From Camelus dromedarius (taxonomy: Eukaryota), in NCBI RefSeq assembly GCF_036321535.1, contig NC_087436.1:115508001-115572000 (forward strand): a stretch of DNA of 64,000 nucleotides. The letters are read 5' to 3'. Below, one piece after another: positions 25,401 through 39,320 of this stretch (the stretch's first letter is position 1; every line of letters starts with the position of its first letter). The position numbers were made by a program, and so were the translations under genes. The notes beneath the pieces are model-generated. The model made no database searches, was not told the DNA's origin, and saw nothing but the letters and a program-made list of their open reading frames with translations.

Positions 25401-25959
25401 GCATGGCATACAGCAAGTATGTAATAAATATTAAGTTGTATGATTGCTGCTTCTACAATATTTATATTAACCATTCATTGTATATTTTTCACCATGATTC
25501 AGCATCCATTCCTCAGAAGAAGGTAAGTCTGGAAGTTTAATAAATATTACATAGAAATGGGAAAAGGTAAAAGCCTGCATGTCCAATAATCTATGACCTT
25601 GTCATTAATGAAGCTGTTGAAACCACCCTGAGGTAAAGTGGAAAAGACTTGGAAAGTTACACACACACAAAAGCACATGATACAGACCAAACCAGTTTGT
25701 CCTCAGAAATTTTTACTAGCAGTTCTCAGCTCAGCGCCATCTGTCCTCTACTGGACGCCAGCCTGACTGGATCCATCCATTGAGTGGCTCTTCTAAGAAT
25801 AATGTCTCTCAAGTTGCATTCCCTCTCAACACCATGTATTTGGTATAAATTGTGTAATGACTTACATCTGAGTCTCCTCTTCATTCAGAGGTATGTTAAA
25901 TTGATCAAGTGGTAGGTACTTGACAGTCTTTAGAGTGAATTATAATTATATATAAACAT

Positions 25960-26150
25960 CATGACTTACTAAGTCCTTTCAGATCCATTATCCCATTACA
26001 TCCTCCAACAATGCTAAAAAGAAGTATGAGTGTATATTACAAGCCTCATCAAACAGATGAAAATTCTGTGGTTTAGAGAAAATACATTATTTACTCAAGG
26101 ACACAGCCAGAAAGTGCCAGTTAAGAGTTGTTGGACTTGATGCAGCGTTC
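25960..26150 (-). mobile_element. MIR SINE fragment
   Basis: 'acagatgaaaattctgtggtttagaga...actcaaggacacagccagaaagtg'. Confidence 0.6.
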
Positions 26151-26719
26151 TTTAAATGATCTTGTGCCTTTAGAAGACTGACTTAAACGTTTCAGGTAGC
26201 TAATCAATAGTGATTGAACAAGAAATATGAAAGTACCTCAATGTTTTCAACACAAATGGATTAAATCAACTTTAGCGCCTATGATCTCGATCCCTAAATT
26301 CAGGTTAGGGACACCTCTCCTCTTCTTCATAACATCCCACTATCAGGGCTTGTATCAGAATATTTTTTCCTGCCTGTCACCTTGTGGTTAACTACTTCTA
26401 TTATATGTCATAAGGACAGTGACAACATTTAATTTGTACATGGCGGCACCTCAGTTTTCTGGAGCAGTGCCTGGTATTGGAGTAGAGACTTTCTAAATAT
26501 GTTCTGAATACAGCACAGATTAACCATGCTGGACATGTGCTATTTGTCTTGTACACAAGTCCTGATTCATGAATATGTTTTTAAAAACAATTCTGGGCTT
26601 CCTGGAAAGTATCTGCTGGAATGCCTACTGCCATTGAAAACCAAATGAGGCTCAGAGAGAATCAGAGAATTGTTTTCAATGAAGAAAAATTATTCCTGGT
26701 ACTTGTGAGGTCAGTGGGA

Positions 26720-26930
26720 CTGTCTGATGTGGAAAAAGACTCTGGCCAGGATGCCAGTATGAATCCCAGTCTGCATTTCGTTACCGTGGAACTTTGAAGT
26801 TACATTTATGCATCTCTACTTTCATCTTCTGTAAAATGGAAATGATATTAATTTTTGTGACAATTGGCATTAGGAGGGAAAGTCTATGATATGATTTTAT
26901 AGTGTAAGCATTCGGTAAATGGGGCATTCG
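26720..26930 (+). mobile_element. MIR SINE fragment
   Basis: 'tgaatcccagtctgc...ttcatcttctgtaaaatggaaatgata'. Confidence 0.6.
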
Positions 26931-27613
26931 CTTACCTTGGTGATTTACCTTGCCCTGTTTGATTTTTCTTCATAGTCTTTATAAAATGATGTGTGCATCC
27001 ATCAGTGTCTTTATTGCCCATCTCCCACCAGTCAGAATGGGCCCTTTATGAGAGCAGAGGCTGTTGTACACATTGCTAGTCCCACATAGGGCAGTGACTT
27101 GAACAGAACAGATGGCCAATCCTTCTTTGCTGAGTAAAGGAATGTCACCGTTTCGCAAGTTGCTGGCTCCTTCAGCGTGCTCACTCTAAACCAACACACA
27201 TGCCTACAATTTGAAGACACCATTAAGTTCTATCCAGCCTGGGTCAGACCTCACACCACAAAAATTCAGAACTTGTACCACAAAAAGTTCAGGTTTCTTG
27301 GGGGACGCGTGAACATCAAAACGACTTACCTTCTGATTATTCTCAAAGTGTAAAATTAACAACATAATATGATGCAAAACAAGGTCCACTGGTTTAAATG
27401 TATGTTTCCCCTAGTCTACCCAACCAAACTTCAATCAGTAACAATATATGAAGGAAAAAAACCAAAAAACCCAGAATGGGTACCAATCATGGCATCTCAT
27501 GTACTCTGGGAATTCTCAGGGTAACTTTCTCTTTTCCCACTTCTCCTGTTTCCTCTACTTTCCTTATTTAATTTATTGCTTATTTTTAATATGTTTTTTA
27601 ATTTCATGGAGTC

Positions 27614-27750
27614 TTTTGTTTGTTTGTTTGTTTTTTTAGGGGAGAAGTAGTTAGGTTTATTTATTTATTTTTAGAGGAGGCACTGGGAATTGAACCCAGA
27701 ACCTCATGCATGCAAAACACGTGCTCTACCACTTGAGCTATACCTTCCCC
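27614..27750 (-). mobile_element. tRNA-derived camelid SINE (Vic-1-like)
   Basis: The reverse complement reads GGGGAAGGTATAGCTCAAGTGGTAGAGCACG...GGTTCAATTCCCAGTGCCTCC (Pol III A and B boxes), followed by an A-rich tail. Confidence 0.9.
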
Positions 27751-29267
27751 AATCCTTCCTTTCTTTCGATCAGTATTTGGTTGGTTTACTTTTATCCCTT
27801 TGCAGTTCTCCTGGCTTTTACAATGTTAAATGACAAGTTTTCATCTTTACAAAAAATATTTTTTTCAGTTGAACAGAATGATCTTGATAAACACCTATTC
27901 AGCAAAAATAAGTTTATCGTAGCATGCATAAAATGAATATGCAAAATCATGCCTAGCCCATGTGCAAACACAAATTAAGTGATTTATGATCATGTTTACA
28001 TGATTCAAGCCTAAACAGTAAACAGAGGGAAGCTGTAATTTCTCACAATGACTGTAGCCAACATGTTGAGACACATCTCTGTGATCTGAAAATCAGAATG
28101 TTTATTTCTGGATTAGTTATCTGAAAAGCATGTTCTTCTCTAATAAAAGTATTGCTATTCTAAAAGCACCCTTCACTTATAAATACTCTATATTTTCTCC
28201 TTTAAAGTTGCCAGAACTTTCTTATGACATTAAAATCTCATTTCCATAAGAAAAAAGGCAGCTGTGCTCCTAATATAGAACTGAAACATAACTGCTTTAA
28301 AAGCAGGCCCTGATACATTAATTCAAACTTTTCCCATCCTCAGTGTTAGACATTCAGTGAAAAGGCAGCGATGGGTTATGGAGAATATAAAGAGTACTAA
28401 AAATAATTTTTTTTATGTAAACTCACTATTTTCTTTAAAAAAACCAAAACAGTGGGGCAGTTGTCTTTACTTGGTCATTCTTATTTTCCCTTTCTTTCCC
28501 CTGATTTGTATTCCTGCAAAAGAATACACCAGTTGAGATTTTCATCCTGTGTCACAGTCTTGAATAGGACCATCTTAACGCAGAACACTTGGAACATAGA
28601 ATTTCAGAGATTAGATTCATCATAAGTTGAAACAGGACATTCCAATTGAAATGAAGACTTTTCAAAGGGATCATCGATATTTCCCAGATGATCCATCTCT
28701 TGCTGCCCCTTTTTTTCTCTCTTCCACACGACATGTTTTATGGATGCTTTAAAGCAGCAGCTCACGTTAACACATTCTGCACCCACGCTGGGCAGTGCCT
28801 ATCATTCTTTAATGGTAAATAATTTTGAAATGTTAGAAATGACATTGAGACAACTTTGAATAAAACTCAGTTTTACAAAAGGGGGAACTGAGGACCAGAG
28901 AGGAAGAATGGATTTTCATATGGCACCTTCAATTTTTGGAATTTTAGAATTCTGATGGTATTGAGGGTGAGGATGATGATAATATCATGTCCACATGGAT
29001 GTGCTCCAGGATAACCAACGAAGAATACCCAAGTGAATGATTCCCTTGATTGGTGTGCTTACTCATCTAGGATCTGTTTAAGAGGCGATATGCATCACCT
29101 GTTAAAATTACTGATGTGCGTCACCCCTTGATATGCAGGGATAAATTATTTTCTTGCTCCTAATCCTATAGACACAGCACTAGATTGACTGCTTGATCCT
29201 TTTTGATGGTCAAAACTGTTTATGTTTATTTTTGTGCCAGTATTGATTTTTAAAAAAAAAAAAACTA

Positions 29268-29582
29268 AAATACAAACTTTATTCTGATGTCACCAGTTTA
29301 TCCATCAATGCCCTTTTTATTTTCTATTCCAGAAATTAGAATTCCAGATTAGAATCTAGGATCCTAATAACGTCGAGTTACCGTGTGGTCCCGGCTTCCT
29401 CTATCTGTGCCAGTTTCCCAGTCTTTCCTGCCTTCCATGACCTAGAACTGATTTGAAGAGTACTGGTCAGTAATTTTATAGAAGAAACTTCAATATGAGT
29501 TTGCCCAAACTTTTCTCACAACTAAATTGAGGACATGCATTCTTGGGAATGATACCACAGAGATGACGTGTCTTTCTCAGAG
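29268..29582 (-). mobile_element. L1MC-type 3' end fragment
   Basis: 'ttccatgacc...ttgaagagtactggtcagtaattttatagaa' and 'ataccacagagatga'. Confidence 0.7.
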
Positions 29583-30734
29583 AAGACCAGTTTTCAAACA
29601 TTAAATAGTACTACTTCTGGATGCCATCGTTAGCAATTGCATCACGTCATCCCTTGCAGCCGCCATTGAAAGAGTTCAAGTGCACTGTTCTTTATGGCCT
29701 CCTTAGTACCCTCATGTGCGATCTCTTCCAGTTGCTCGAAAATATGGTTTCAATTACATACTAGGAAATTAAGGCCCAGGAAGACAGTATGACTTTGAGT
29801 CCTGCCACTAATTAGCAGGTGATCTATGCCTTAAATCTTTGCCTTCAGAGCCTTAGCCCACAGATTCCCCAACAAAGTTCACCAAGAAAACCGAGGCAGC
29901 TCATGGCCTCAGGGTGTCTCGAAAAGATTCATATAAACTCTACATTTCCTTTCATTTCCAGTCACAAGGCCCTAATTAGTCATGTCACTTTTCAGCTTCA
30001 TATATAAGATTCATGAAGAATGTTTCCTCAGAATTTCATCAACTGCACATTGGACCTCCATCTCTCTCCTCCACTCCTGGGTAACTCCATCTCTGCATGG
30101 CCATGAGGGAAATGAGTGCTTCTCACTTCCCTTAATTGGAGTGAGGTAGGCCACCGCTCCAAGCTGAGAATTCTTGGTGTGCCTTCGAAATAAATCTGAC
30201 TCCTGAATAATGATTTGGCCCTGCAAAAACCAGTGCCTTGGAACCCTGCTGGGTTCTGCTATCAAAACAGAAAAAAAAAATCAAATTTTGCTCTGAATGG
30301 AGTCTTAATAACAGTTGGAAACTTCAGCCTTCTGCCTATAATTTATTTACAAAGAATCTTTTTGAAGGGAACTGTCTTGGAGAATTCTGTGTGGCTTTGA
30401 TGTTTGCAAAAGTAACCCTGTAAAGATAGAAAGATGATAGATAGAAAAATAGATACAGATGCCTTTCGATAGAAAATTAGACAAATTTAAACAAGAAATC
30501 TTGTGTCCAGTAAGTCATATATAAGGTTAACATTCTTACATTTTTTCCTATGACCAGACCCTCACCCCTACTATACACACTTTTAATCATTTATGGCCGA
30601 TGTCTTAGTTTTTCCATGAATATCTATAGATAATGTTTTTAGTAAAAGTAGTTTTGTGTTTTGACTTATTTTTGCGGGAAAAGCTTGATGGTTAGGAAGG
30701 AAACAGGGAAGGAAAGACAGTTATTATGGAGTGA

Positions 30735-31130
30735 ATTTTGGACTGATTTGAATATCCCCCAAATTCGCAGGTCAGACCCCCAACCCCAACGTGACTGTAT
30801 TTGGAGATAGAGCATTTAAGGCTATTACTAAGGTTAAACAAGGTTAAGGATGAGGCCCTGATCTGGTAAGACTGGCATCCCTATAAGAAAAGAAAAAGAC
30901 ACCAGATCTCTCCCTCTGTCTCTCTTTCTCTCTCTGTGCAAGCACAGAGGGAAGACCATTTGAGGACACAGAGGGGAAGGTGGCCATCTGCAAGCCAGGA
31001 AGAGAGCTCTCATCAGAAACCAGCTCTCCCGGCACCTTGATCTTGGAATTCTTGCCTTCAAAAGTGTAAGAAAGTAAATGTCAGCCATTTAAGCCACCTC
31101 ATCAGTTCTGGCAGCCTGAACTGACCAACA
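30735..31130 (+). mobile_element. MLT1A-like MaLR solo LTR
   Basis: 'gtgactgtatttggagatag', 'gaaggtggccatctgcaagccaggaagagag' and 'caccttgatcttgga'. Confidence 0.85.
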
Positions 31131-32179
31131 GAGGGTGCATCATTAATTCAGCTTTCACAATGGGCAACTAAAGCATGATTTTGCTGGGAAACTTCAGAAT
31201 TGGTTTTACCTAAGATTTATCTCCTCCCAAGGGACTAAGAACCTGGAGTGTCTGCACATCAACCCATAAGATGATTTGGCTGATCCCATGGCTCATCAAT
31301 TCCACCAAACATTCATTTAGATACAGAGTGACTTCTTGCAAAAGAAGGGGAAACAAGGAGGCCTCAGAAATGCATGCAGATCCTGGGAGATGGAAGGGAT
31401 ACGAGCATAGCGAAGACAGAACCACTACAAACAGGGCCCCAACAGTGGCTGCTACACCCAGAAAACAAACAGACCCAGTTTGATTTGAAAAGAGCTCTTG
31501 CTTCTTAATTTTCCCTACCCAGGTACCCGATGCTAGAATCTGTAAAGTGTGTATGCCTGTGTATGCATATGTGATGTGAGTGTACGCATGCGTGTACGGG
31601 TGATACATGTGATGTATTTGCACGTTGTGCTAGGTTAGGGGTACAAATGAGGTCTCCACCACTTACAGCCCTGATCGGGCTAGCTGTCAAGTACATATGC
31701 CTACATCATCTTCACCCTCAGCCCATCTCCGTTCACAGCAAACACAAAGAGTGGCTCAAGAATGCTCATGAGTATGTTTTGTCAGTATTAACGAGGACTC
31801 AATCAGGCTCTTCTTTGCCAGATTTAGTTCTGTTGGTGAGAGATTTGACTGGGGCCTGGTGCCTTTGAAGCTGCATATGATATACTTACTCCAAGGCAGT
31901 TTCTGGGGTTGTCCAGGGAATTTGATGCTACTCAAATCAACATCTACTTCTCCATCTGCGTCTGGCTTCCTCCCCCTGACCCTTTCACCTAAGCAGTGAT
32001 CACAAGTAATCTGTCACTAGGATATGCAATATGTGTTCTGTTCTTAAATCACACCAAATGTATAACATTGTTACTACAAAAACCCTTCATACAAACTTTG
32101 AATATCAATTACAGAACTGTATAAAATAAAGACACTTTTCCTTTTTTTAAGTTTTAAACTCAACTTTTAGATCTTAGCT

Positions 32180-33760
32180 ATGGAACGTAAACAAACAAAA
32201 ACCACTATAATATACATATCATATAATAAGAAATACAATAAGTATAATAATATGTGAATATTATACAATTTTCCATTTATAATCATAGCAAAGAGTTGTG
32301 TAAAGCCTTTGTAAATAAATCTTTAAATGCCTCTCAAAGACATAAAGATATATTTCAGCAGAATAGAAGGGCAAACTATGTTTTTGAATATAAAACAGCC
32401 TCCTAAGGATGGCAATTCTCATTAAAAATTATGCATTTCTGTAACCTGATAAAAATACTAAAAAGATTCTATTGGTGCTAAATAAACCTTAAGTTCAAAT
32501 GGAAAAATTAAACAATTGTAAGTAGTCAAAACAATATTTAAGGAGAAAAATACTTAAGGAGGATCAGTTGGTTGTAATAAAGGGACATAAATACATAGTG
32601 TATTACTATCATATGAACAGTCAGAGATCAATGAAATGGTAGAAAAAGTCCAGGGACAGATCTAATGCGTGAAAATATAGTATATTGAAATGGTGTCATT
32701 TCAAATCAGTGGAGAAAGGATAGATTATGCCAAAATTGTTGTTGAGACAACTGGATAGCCACTGGAAAAAGTTTTTAAATTAGATTCTATAACTTGTACC
32801 TTGTACAAAATATTGAAATTAGAAAACAACATGAAACCGTAAATGTTCTAAAAAGCATTAGATTAAAAAAGTGTTTGAAATAAAAAATAAATTTCTAACA
32901 TAGATCCTAAGAGTTGTGGGAGGAAAAAACCTGTAATTTCAACTGTACATAAACTAAAACAAAAAGGTTTGCATCACAATAAGCCCCCAAATATGCAACT
33001 TTAAAGCACAAATGAAAAACTGAAGGGAAAAACATCACCCCTGCACGTTTGTGTTTAATTACAGACCAATTTCTTTAATTTAGTATATAATGAGGACTCA
33101 CAAAAAAATAAGACCAAGTTCAACACCCAGGAGGAAAAAAAAGGATAAAAAATATCAACACTGCACAGAAAAAAGGAATTTTAAACCTGTGAACATATTT
33201 TCATCACTGGTCATAAGGATAAAATCTTAAGATGCAAATTTTTTATGTTCAGGTTGGCAGTTTTAAAATGTTTAACATTAATGGTGTTGAGAGTGGGCAG
33301 AAACACATGGCTGATGGCACTGTAAATTTAAAAATTACTTAAGAAAACAAATGAAAATCTTAAATGTGGTTACCTTCAGCCTGAATTAATTATATTCCAG
33401 GAATGCATCCTACAGATATCTACATTCGTGTAGGAACAACAGGTTGACAGGAGAAACAAAATCAAATAAACATGCTTCAATTGGGAGCTGGTTAAATAGA
33501 GAAAGACTCGCATGCAGGACACAGTCTATGCAGCTTTGCAAGATGGTGGCTTTTTTTTTTTTTAAGTTTAGATAAGAAAAATCTCTCAAGAGCCTGTCTC
33601 AACTAAAAAACCAAACAAATAAGAATACTAACATTTGCGTAAAAAATACGCGAGCATGTATCGCTTGTAGTTTCGTGGAAAGCAGGAATGAGAGAAGTGC
33701 TTTTCAATATATAAATTTTATTCATACCTTGTGCCTGTATTACCAGTTACATTTTTTTTT
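32180..33760 (+). mobile_element. Ancient L1M(E) ORF2 3' part and 3' UTR, decayed
   Basis: 'aagttcaaatggaaaa' and 'catttcaaatcagtggagaaaggatagattat...gacaactggatagcca'. Confidence 0.7.
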
Positions 33761-34349
33761 AAGTAACGGTTTTGGCCTTGTTGATCTCTACTATGTTTGT
33801 TTTCTATTTAATTAATTTGTTTTATTTACATTTTTTTAACTTATTATTTTACTATAATTTACTATTTTTTTATACTTCTTTATTTTTAGCTTATTGAATT
33901 TACCAATTTATGTGATTCTCCTTCCTTTTTGAATTTTGTTTTTCCATCTGGATTAGGTTGCCTTTTTCCTTAGGCACTTCCTTTAGAAGTTACTTCAATG
34001 AGAGTTTGAGGAGTTCCCGAGTTCTAGCATTTCGCACATTTTTTACATTCGGGATCCTGAAAGAAATATGAAAGGATTGATACCCATTAGGCAAGATCAA
34101 AATGATCTTAAACAGACAGTTGGAGATGCAGGAAGATGTTGAGTACAGAGAGAGGAAAGGTGTGCACATCTAGATGAATACTGACTGCATAATAAATTAA
34201 TAATAATAACTTATGATCTTTCAAATCTTTTTATGGAATTAAAATACTTGACAGCATATATGATTCAGGGGGAGGGGTTAATGATCTCTTTTTTTTTTTT
34301 AATGGAAGATCATTGGGGCCCTGCTCCAAGATTACCTTTTTGTTTTATG

Positions 34350-34770
34350 TTTTGATTGTGGCTTACCTTTTAAAAATTCACATGAAAAGTTAAACATCAA
34401 CAATAATAAAATACCAGCATAATAAATTTCATCCCTTCCGTTACCCAGATTCAATTACTATCAAGGTTTTAAAATATTTTCCTAATTTATTGTTTTTTTC
34501 TCTTGTTGTGTTTGAAAAAGCTTTAAAGTCCAGATCTCATGTCATTTTACCCAAGATACTCAGGATGTGTCTTTAAAAAGCATGGGCCTTTTCTTGCATA
34601 ACCACAGTGACATGAGCCATAACGAACAAAAGTAATATTTTTTCCTTAAAATCTCTAATATCCATTCAACATTAAACATTTGTAATCGTCTGGAAAAAAA
34701 ACCCTTATAAAGTGTATTGTGATCTAACCAAATGCATACACTGCATTTGATTCCAGATTTCTATATTCTT
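34350..34770 (-). mobile_element. L1MC-type 3' end fragment
   Basis: 'tcccttccgttacccagattcaa', 'catgtcattttaccc' and 'ttttcttgcataaccacagtg'. Confidence 0.55.
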
Positions 34771-35826
34771 ATATTAAATGTGTTTTTCTCCTAAGCAACG
34801 GATATGTATGTGTGGGGTGGGATCAGAACTGAACTATTTGTATTTAATCAGAGTATTTAATGTGTTTATTTTAAGGTAAGAGGTAGTCGGGTTAACATTG
34901 CATCCTTCTGTCTTCTGCTATTTGTTGCACAAGCTTTGATTTCCACATTTAAATGTGCTTGCCTATTTTTAGACTGAATGGTTTTCTTATTTCATTTCTT
35001 CCCTAAATTTATACGTTTGCTTTTCTTCTTCCTTTAATAGTTACCTGAAAAATCACTACAGGCATCCTTGGCTTATTAAAGGTTGATAACATTACCACTG
35101 GGCAGGAAATACGAGAAACATAGAACACTTTAACTTCATGAACCCCCTCTGAACTGTATGTGCCATCAAATATTTTAATTCCATGAAGAGATCTGAAAGG
35201 TCACAGCTATTATTATTCTTACTAATTTTATAATTTTAATTATAATTCTTATTAATTTATTATGCATTTAATATTCACCTAGATGTGCACACCTTTCCTC
35301 TCTCTGTACTCAACATCTTCCTGCATCTCCAACTGTCTCTTTAAGATCATTTTGACTTTGCCTAAAGGGGTGTCAATCCTTTAGCATTTCTTTCAGTGTA
35401 AGTCTGATGGCAACAAATCCTCTTACTGTCTCTTGGTTGAAAATACTTTCATTCCATCTTCATTTATTTATTTTTAAAGTATTTTTATTGGATACACATG
35501 TCCAAGTTAGTGACTATTTCTTTCCAGAGACCCCTATTTCATTATTTTCTGGTTTCTTTGTGTCTGAAGAGAAGGCAGTTGTCAGTCTCAATTTTTTTTT
35601 CCTTTCAAGCTAATAAATATACCTTTTTTTCTTTAGTTGGCTATTTTCTAGCTGCTTTTAATTTTTTCTTTGTTTTTGGTTTTTGACTGTTTTACTATGA
35701 TATGCTTTGTTGGGATTTTTAAAATCTTGTCTGAATATCCTGCTCAGTTATTTTGCTATTTTCTGATAAATTTGAGATGTTTGATGTCTTTCATCAATTT
35801 CACAAAACTCAGAGCATAAATTATTT

Positions 35827-36353
35827 TTTAATTGAGATATGACTGACATTTAACATTATATTAGTTTTAGGTGTACAGCATGATCCAGTATCTGTGTTTA
35901 TTGCAAAATGATCACTGCAGTGAGTCTAATTAACACACATCACCACACACACTTGCAGTATTTTTCTTACGGTGGGCACTTTTAAGATTTACTCTTTTAC
36001 AATAGCCAAGACATGGAAGCAACCTAAGTGTCCGTCAATGGATGAATGGATAAAATAATATACATATATATACAGGAATATTATTCAGCCATAAAAAAGA
36101 AAAATCTTGCCATTTGTGACAACGTGGATGGACCTTGAGGGCATTATGCTAAGTGAAATAAATCAGAAAAAGAAATGTAAATAACCATATGATCTCATTT
36201 ATGTGTGGACTCTAACCCCCCCAAATATTTAAAAATCATAAAAGATAAAAACAGAGCTCATAGATATAAAGAACAGATCGGTGGTTGTCAGAGACGGGGT
36301 GAGAAGGGGTGGATGAAATGGGTGAAGGTGGTCAAAAGGTACAAATTTTCAGT
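35827..36353 (-). mobile_element. 5'-inverted (twin-primed) L1 insertion
   Basis: An antisense 3' end (~35827-35996) is joined to a sense segment (~35997-36353, 'caatagccaagacatggaagcaacctaagtgtcc'). TSD cataaattattt/cataaattcttt. Confidence 0.8.
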
Positions 36354-36365
36354 CATAAATTCTTT

Positions 36366-36485
36366 TTTTTTCCCAAGCAGTTTTCAGACAGTCTTTCCTT
36401 TGTTTTATTTTTAGTCTTTTTATTATTGAAATATAGTCAGTTTCAATGTGTCCATTTCTGGTGTACAGCCCAGTGTCCCAGTCAG
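36366..36485 (-). mobile_element. Short L1 3' end with a probable 3' transduction
   Basis: Minus strand reads L1 end 'ctgtacaccagaaatggacacattg...ttcaataataaaaa', then ~30 nt of non-L1 sequence, then a second poly(A). TSD ttcttt. Confidence 0.7.
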
Positions 36486-38874
36486 TTCTTTAAATATTGC
36501 TTCTTCCCATTTTCTCTTGCTCCTCTTTCTGAGACATCATATCAGATACTTTACAAATGTCCCCCATATTCTATATAACTTTTCTAATATTTCTTGTGTT
36601 TTAATTTTTTCTCTCCACAATATAGTCTATATTTTTTCTGACTTATAGTTCACCTTCAGCTATATATTCAGCCTTCAACTATTTCTAATTTGTGTCTAAT
36701 CATTGTCTAATCTGTTAAGAAACTTATTATTTGAGTTTTGAATTGTTATTAGACTAATGTATGGGTATGTATCATCTTTTGATTTTCATGTTTTTCCATG
36801 ATTTTTTTCCTGTCTCCTTGTGATATTATTCTTTTTGAAGGCTGTACATGGTACACAGATATTTTAGAGATAATTTGAGACCCAGCATGTGGTTATCTTC
36901 CTCCAGAGCAGGTTTGCCTTTCTTATGTCAGATGAATACATGCATGAAAAATCCAGTGTTGACTTAGTCTTATTTAGAGATGCACACAGTTCACAGCTGG
37001 GCTTCAGTCCCTGTGTGAGCTGGTCTATATGTCACCATTAGTCCTGGGCTGCAGCCTTGCTGAGTTCATAGCTCAGAAAATTTACTAGGGCACCCTCTCC
37101 TTGGAGTATTCAAGCCTCTATCTGCCTCCTCTGCAGCCCTGGAAGGCTGTCAAAATTTCCACTTGGCTTCTCAGTAGTTCAGCTGCTTTTTCTGGAACTC
37201 AACTGTTGTCATTAGAGGAAAAGAAACTGTAAAAGCCAGTTTTAGTATCAAATTTATTCTTCTGGATCTTGAACCCATAAATATTCACTCTCTGGTTTCC
37301 TTGTTGATGTTCTCAAGCAGATTTTTGTCAAATGTCATCCAATCTTTCTTAGTTATTCTTACTGTCAGTGTTGGTCCAAATTACCTATGATTCAATTAGA
37401 AGAAGCTGATGTTTTTCGTGCAGTAGTAAAACTGATGATGGTGAGTATTAAAACCTTCAGAAATTTGTATTTGATTTGATGCATTTTCAAAGTGACATGG
37501 CACTTTATTCAATATATAGGTATTTACAATTTATCATAAATTATCTTTGTTATTCTTTGCACTTTTGATGAAATAATTTAGAATGCTGGAATTGCCAAGT
37601 ATAACCTCATAGAAATTTTAGTTCATCTTTGAATCAAGGAAATGATGATTGAATTATTATTGATGTTTCTGTTTTCATTTGAAAGAGAAGGGAGAATCAG
37701 AAGTTTCACGAACATCCAGACATCAGTGCAACATGTAAGGAAAACCAGGCAAACACTTCAAGAAATACCAGCATTCCATTTTTTAGTTTTTAATGCACTT
37801 CACAATGTTGAAAATACTGAGTGTTATGTGTGAAAAAATCTGCAAAGCTTCATACATGGTTACCTGATTATTTTCTTATTGTTGATGCTCTTGTTGTGTT
37901 TGGGAAAGAAGACTCAAGTCATAGTGCAGAGTGCACAGGAGAAAGAAAGATATTTTACACCTGGAAACAAGTTGGAAAGTAACCACAACAGCAGACACAG
38001 GGGTGACTTGATGAATACTGTATATGCACAAAATTTTTCCCATGGGATTGAGCTGGTTACAGTATAGACGTGGTTGTGGTTAGTGTGTGATGTAAGGATT
38101 TAATTCTAAATTCTTGAATCTCTATTTCCAAACCACGGAGGTAAGTTACTAAATAATTGGCATGTTTATTCACCATCTAGATTTACATAGTAGAGATTTT
38201 GTTTGAAACACTTGGAAATGGGGAAATGGCTGGAACTTTAATTCAGTTTATCACCATTAATACTATCATCTTGACACATAAAAAAAAGAAATTTCTTCTA
38301 CTATCATAAAAAAGTCATTTCGCTCTATAAGTGTCTGCAAAGGTCTTTGTAATGTGCTATTATCTACAATAAAACTAGTAAGGAGCACTGAATGGTGATT
38401 TTAATTTAAATTGTAGATCGAATCTGTGTGTTTACACAGGAATAGGGAACGACAAGTTGACTTCCGCCTCGGATATGAGAAACACTTCAGTAAGAAGGAG
38501 AAGGACATGAATGAGAAAACAGATCAAATCAGAAAATTCCCTAAAATGACCATAATTCAGAAAATGCTGTGAGACAGTAGAGGAAATGATCCCTGGAGTG
38601 ACACAAGTATCTGTGCCTGCCGTTTCCACAAACAGGTCTTTCTCTAAAACTAGCTCACAAGGTGCAAAAAAGCATGGTTTTACATCAAGGAGACCTGAGC
38701 AGAAATCTTCAAGAAAAAGAAAACCTTGTCTGGAAGCGCCCTTATGATCAGCCCATCCATGTTTCTATTGTATCTAAATACTGCCAAGAAGATTTGATTT
38801 TGTATTTTAGTATCTCAAATAAAATGCTATAGATGACTCAGTGATGGCCTGACTCTCAGACCCTTCTCCTAACC

Positions 38875-38990
38875 GCAGTCAACATCAAGTAGACATCTAT
38901 TGAATATCTGTGTTTTGGACCAAGCTGTGTGTTGAAGTATGGAAGGGAAAAGTTAACATCAGACCTGACCCTTTAGCAGCCTGGTAAAAA
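38875..38990 (-). mobile_element. LINE-2 3' end fragment
   Basis: 'acatctattgaatatctg...agacctgacc'. Confidence 0.5.
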
Positions 38991-39119
38991 GAGTTAGATG
39001 AATATAGTTTAAGCAGTGCAATGACAGACATCCATGAAAGTGGCAAGCTGTGCTAGAAGTGGCCATGCCTCCTGGAAAGAGGGGTATTGAGCTGGGTCTT
39101 GAGTAACAACAGTGGTGAC

Positions 39120-39320
39120 CAGTTTCACCAGTGATTGAGCATGTGTGCTGGGGGTTAAACACACTGCCTCGCTAGTGTCTTCCAGCATCACCTCTATCAG
39201 TCCCACCTTACAGACAAGAACATGGAGGACACAGAAAAGATGAAGAAGTCACCCAAGGTGACATGATTTGTGAATATCAAAAATTTTTTGCCTTTGTCTC
39301 CAAAATCATGCTATAGCTCT
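39120..39320 (-). mobile_element. MIR SINE fragment
   Basis: 'tcccaccttacagacaagaacatggaggacacaga...cacccaaggtgaca'. Confidence 0.6.

Larger units (their letters stand above)
34840..37410 (-). mobile_element. Ancient L1ME 5'/ORF1 region, host of two younger L1 insertions
   Basis: 'ctttagcatttctttcagtgtaagtctgatggcaacaaatcc'. The host reads 'tctttcatcaattt...' before the inserts and resumes 'ttctttaaatattgcttct' after them. Confidence 0.6.

Noticed and set aside
37686..37740. Possible 49-nt exon, plus isolated GTAAGT donors at ~25523 and ~38141
   Set aside because: Weak AAG acceptor or no convincing partner site. Such motifs are expected by chance in 64 kb.
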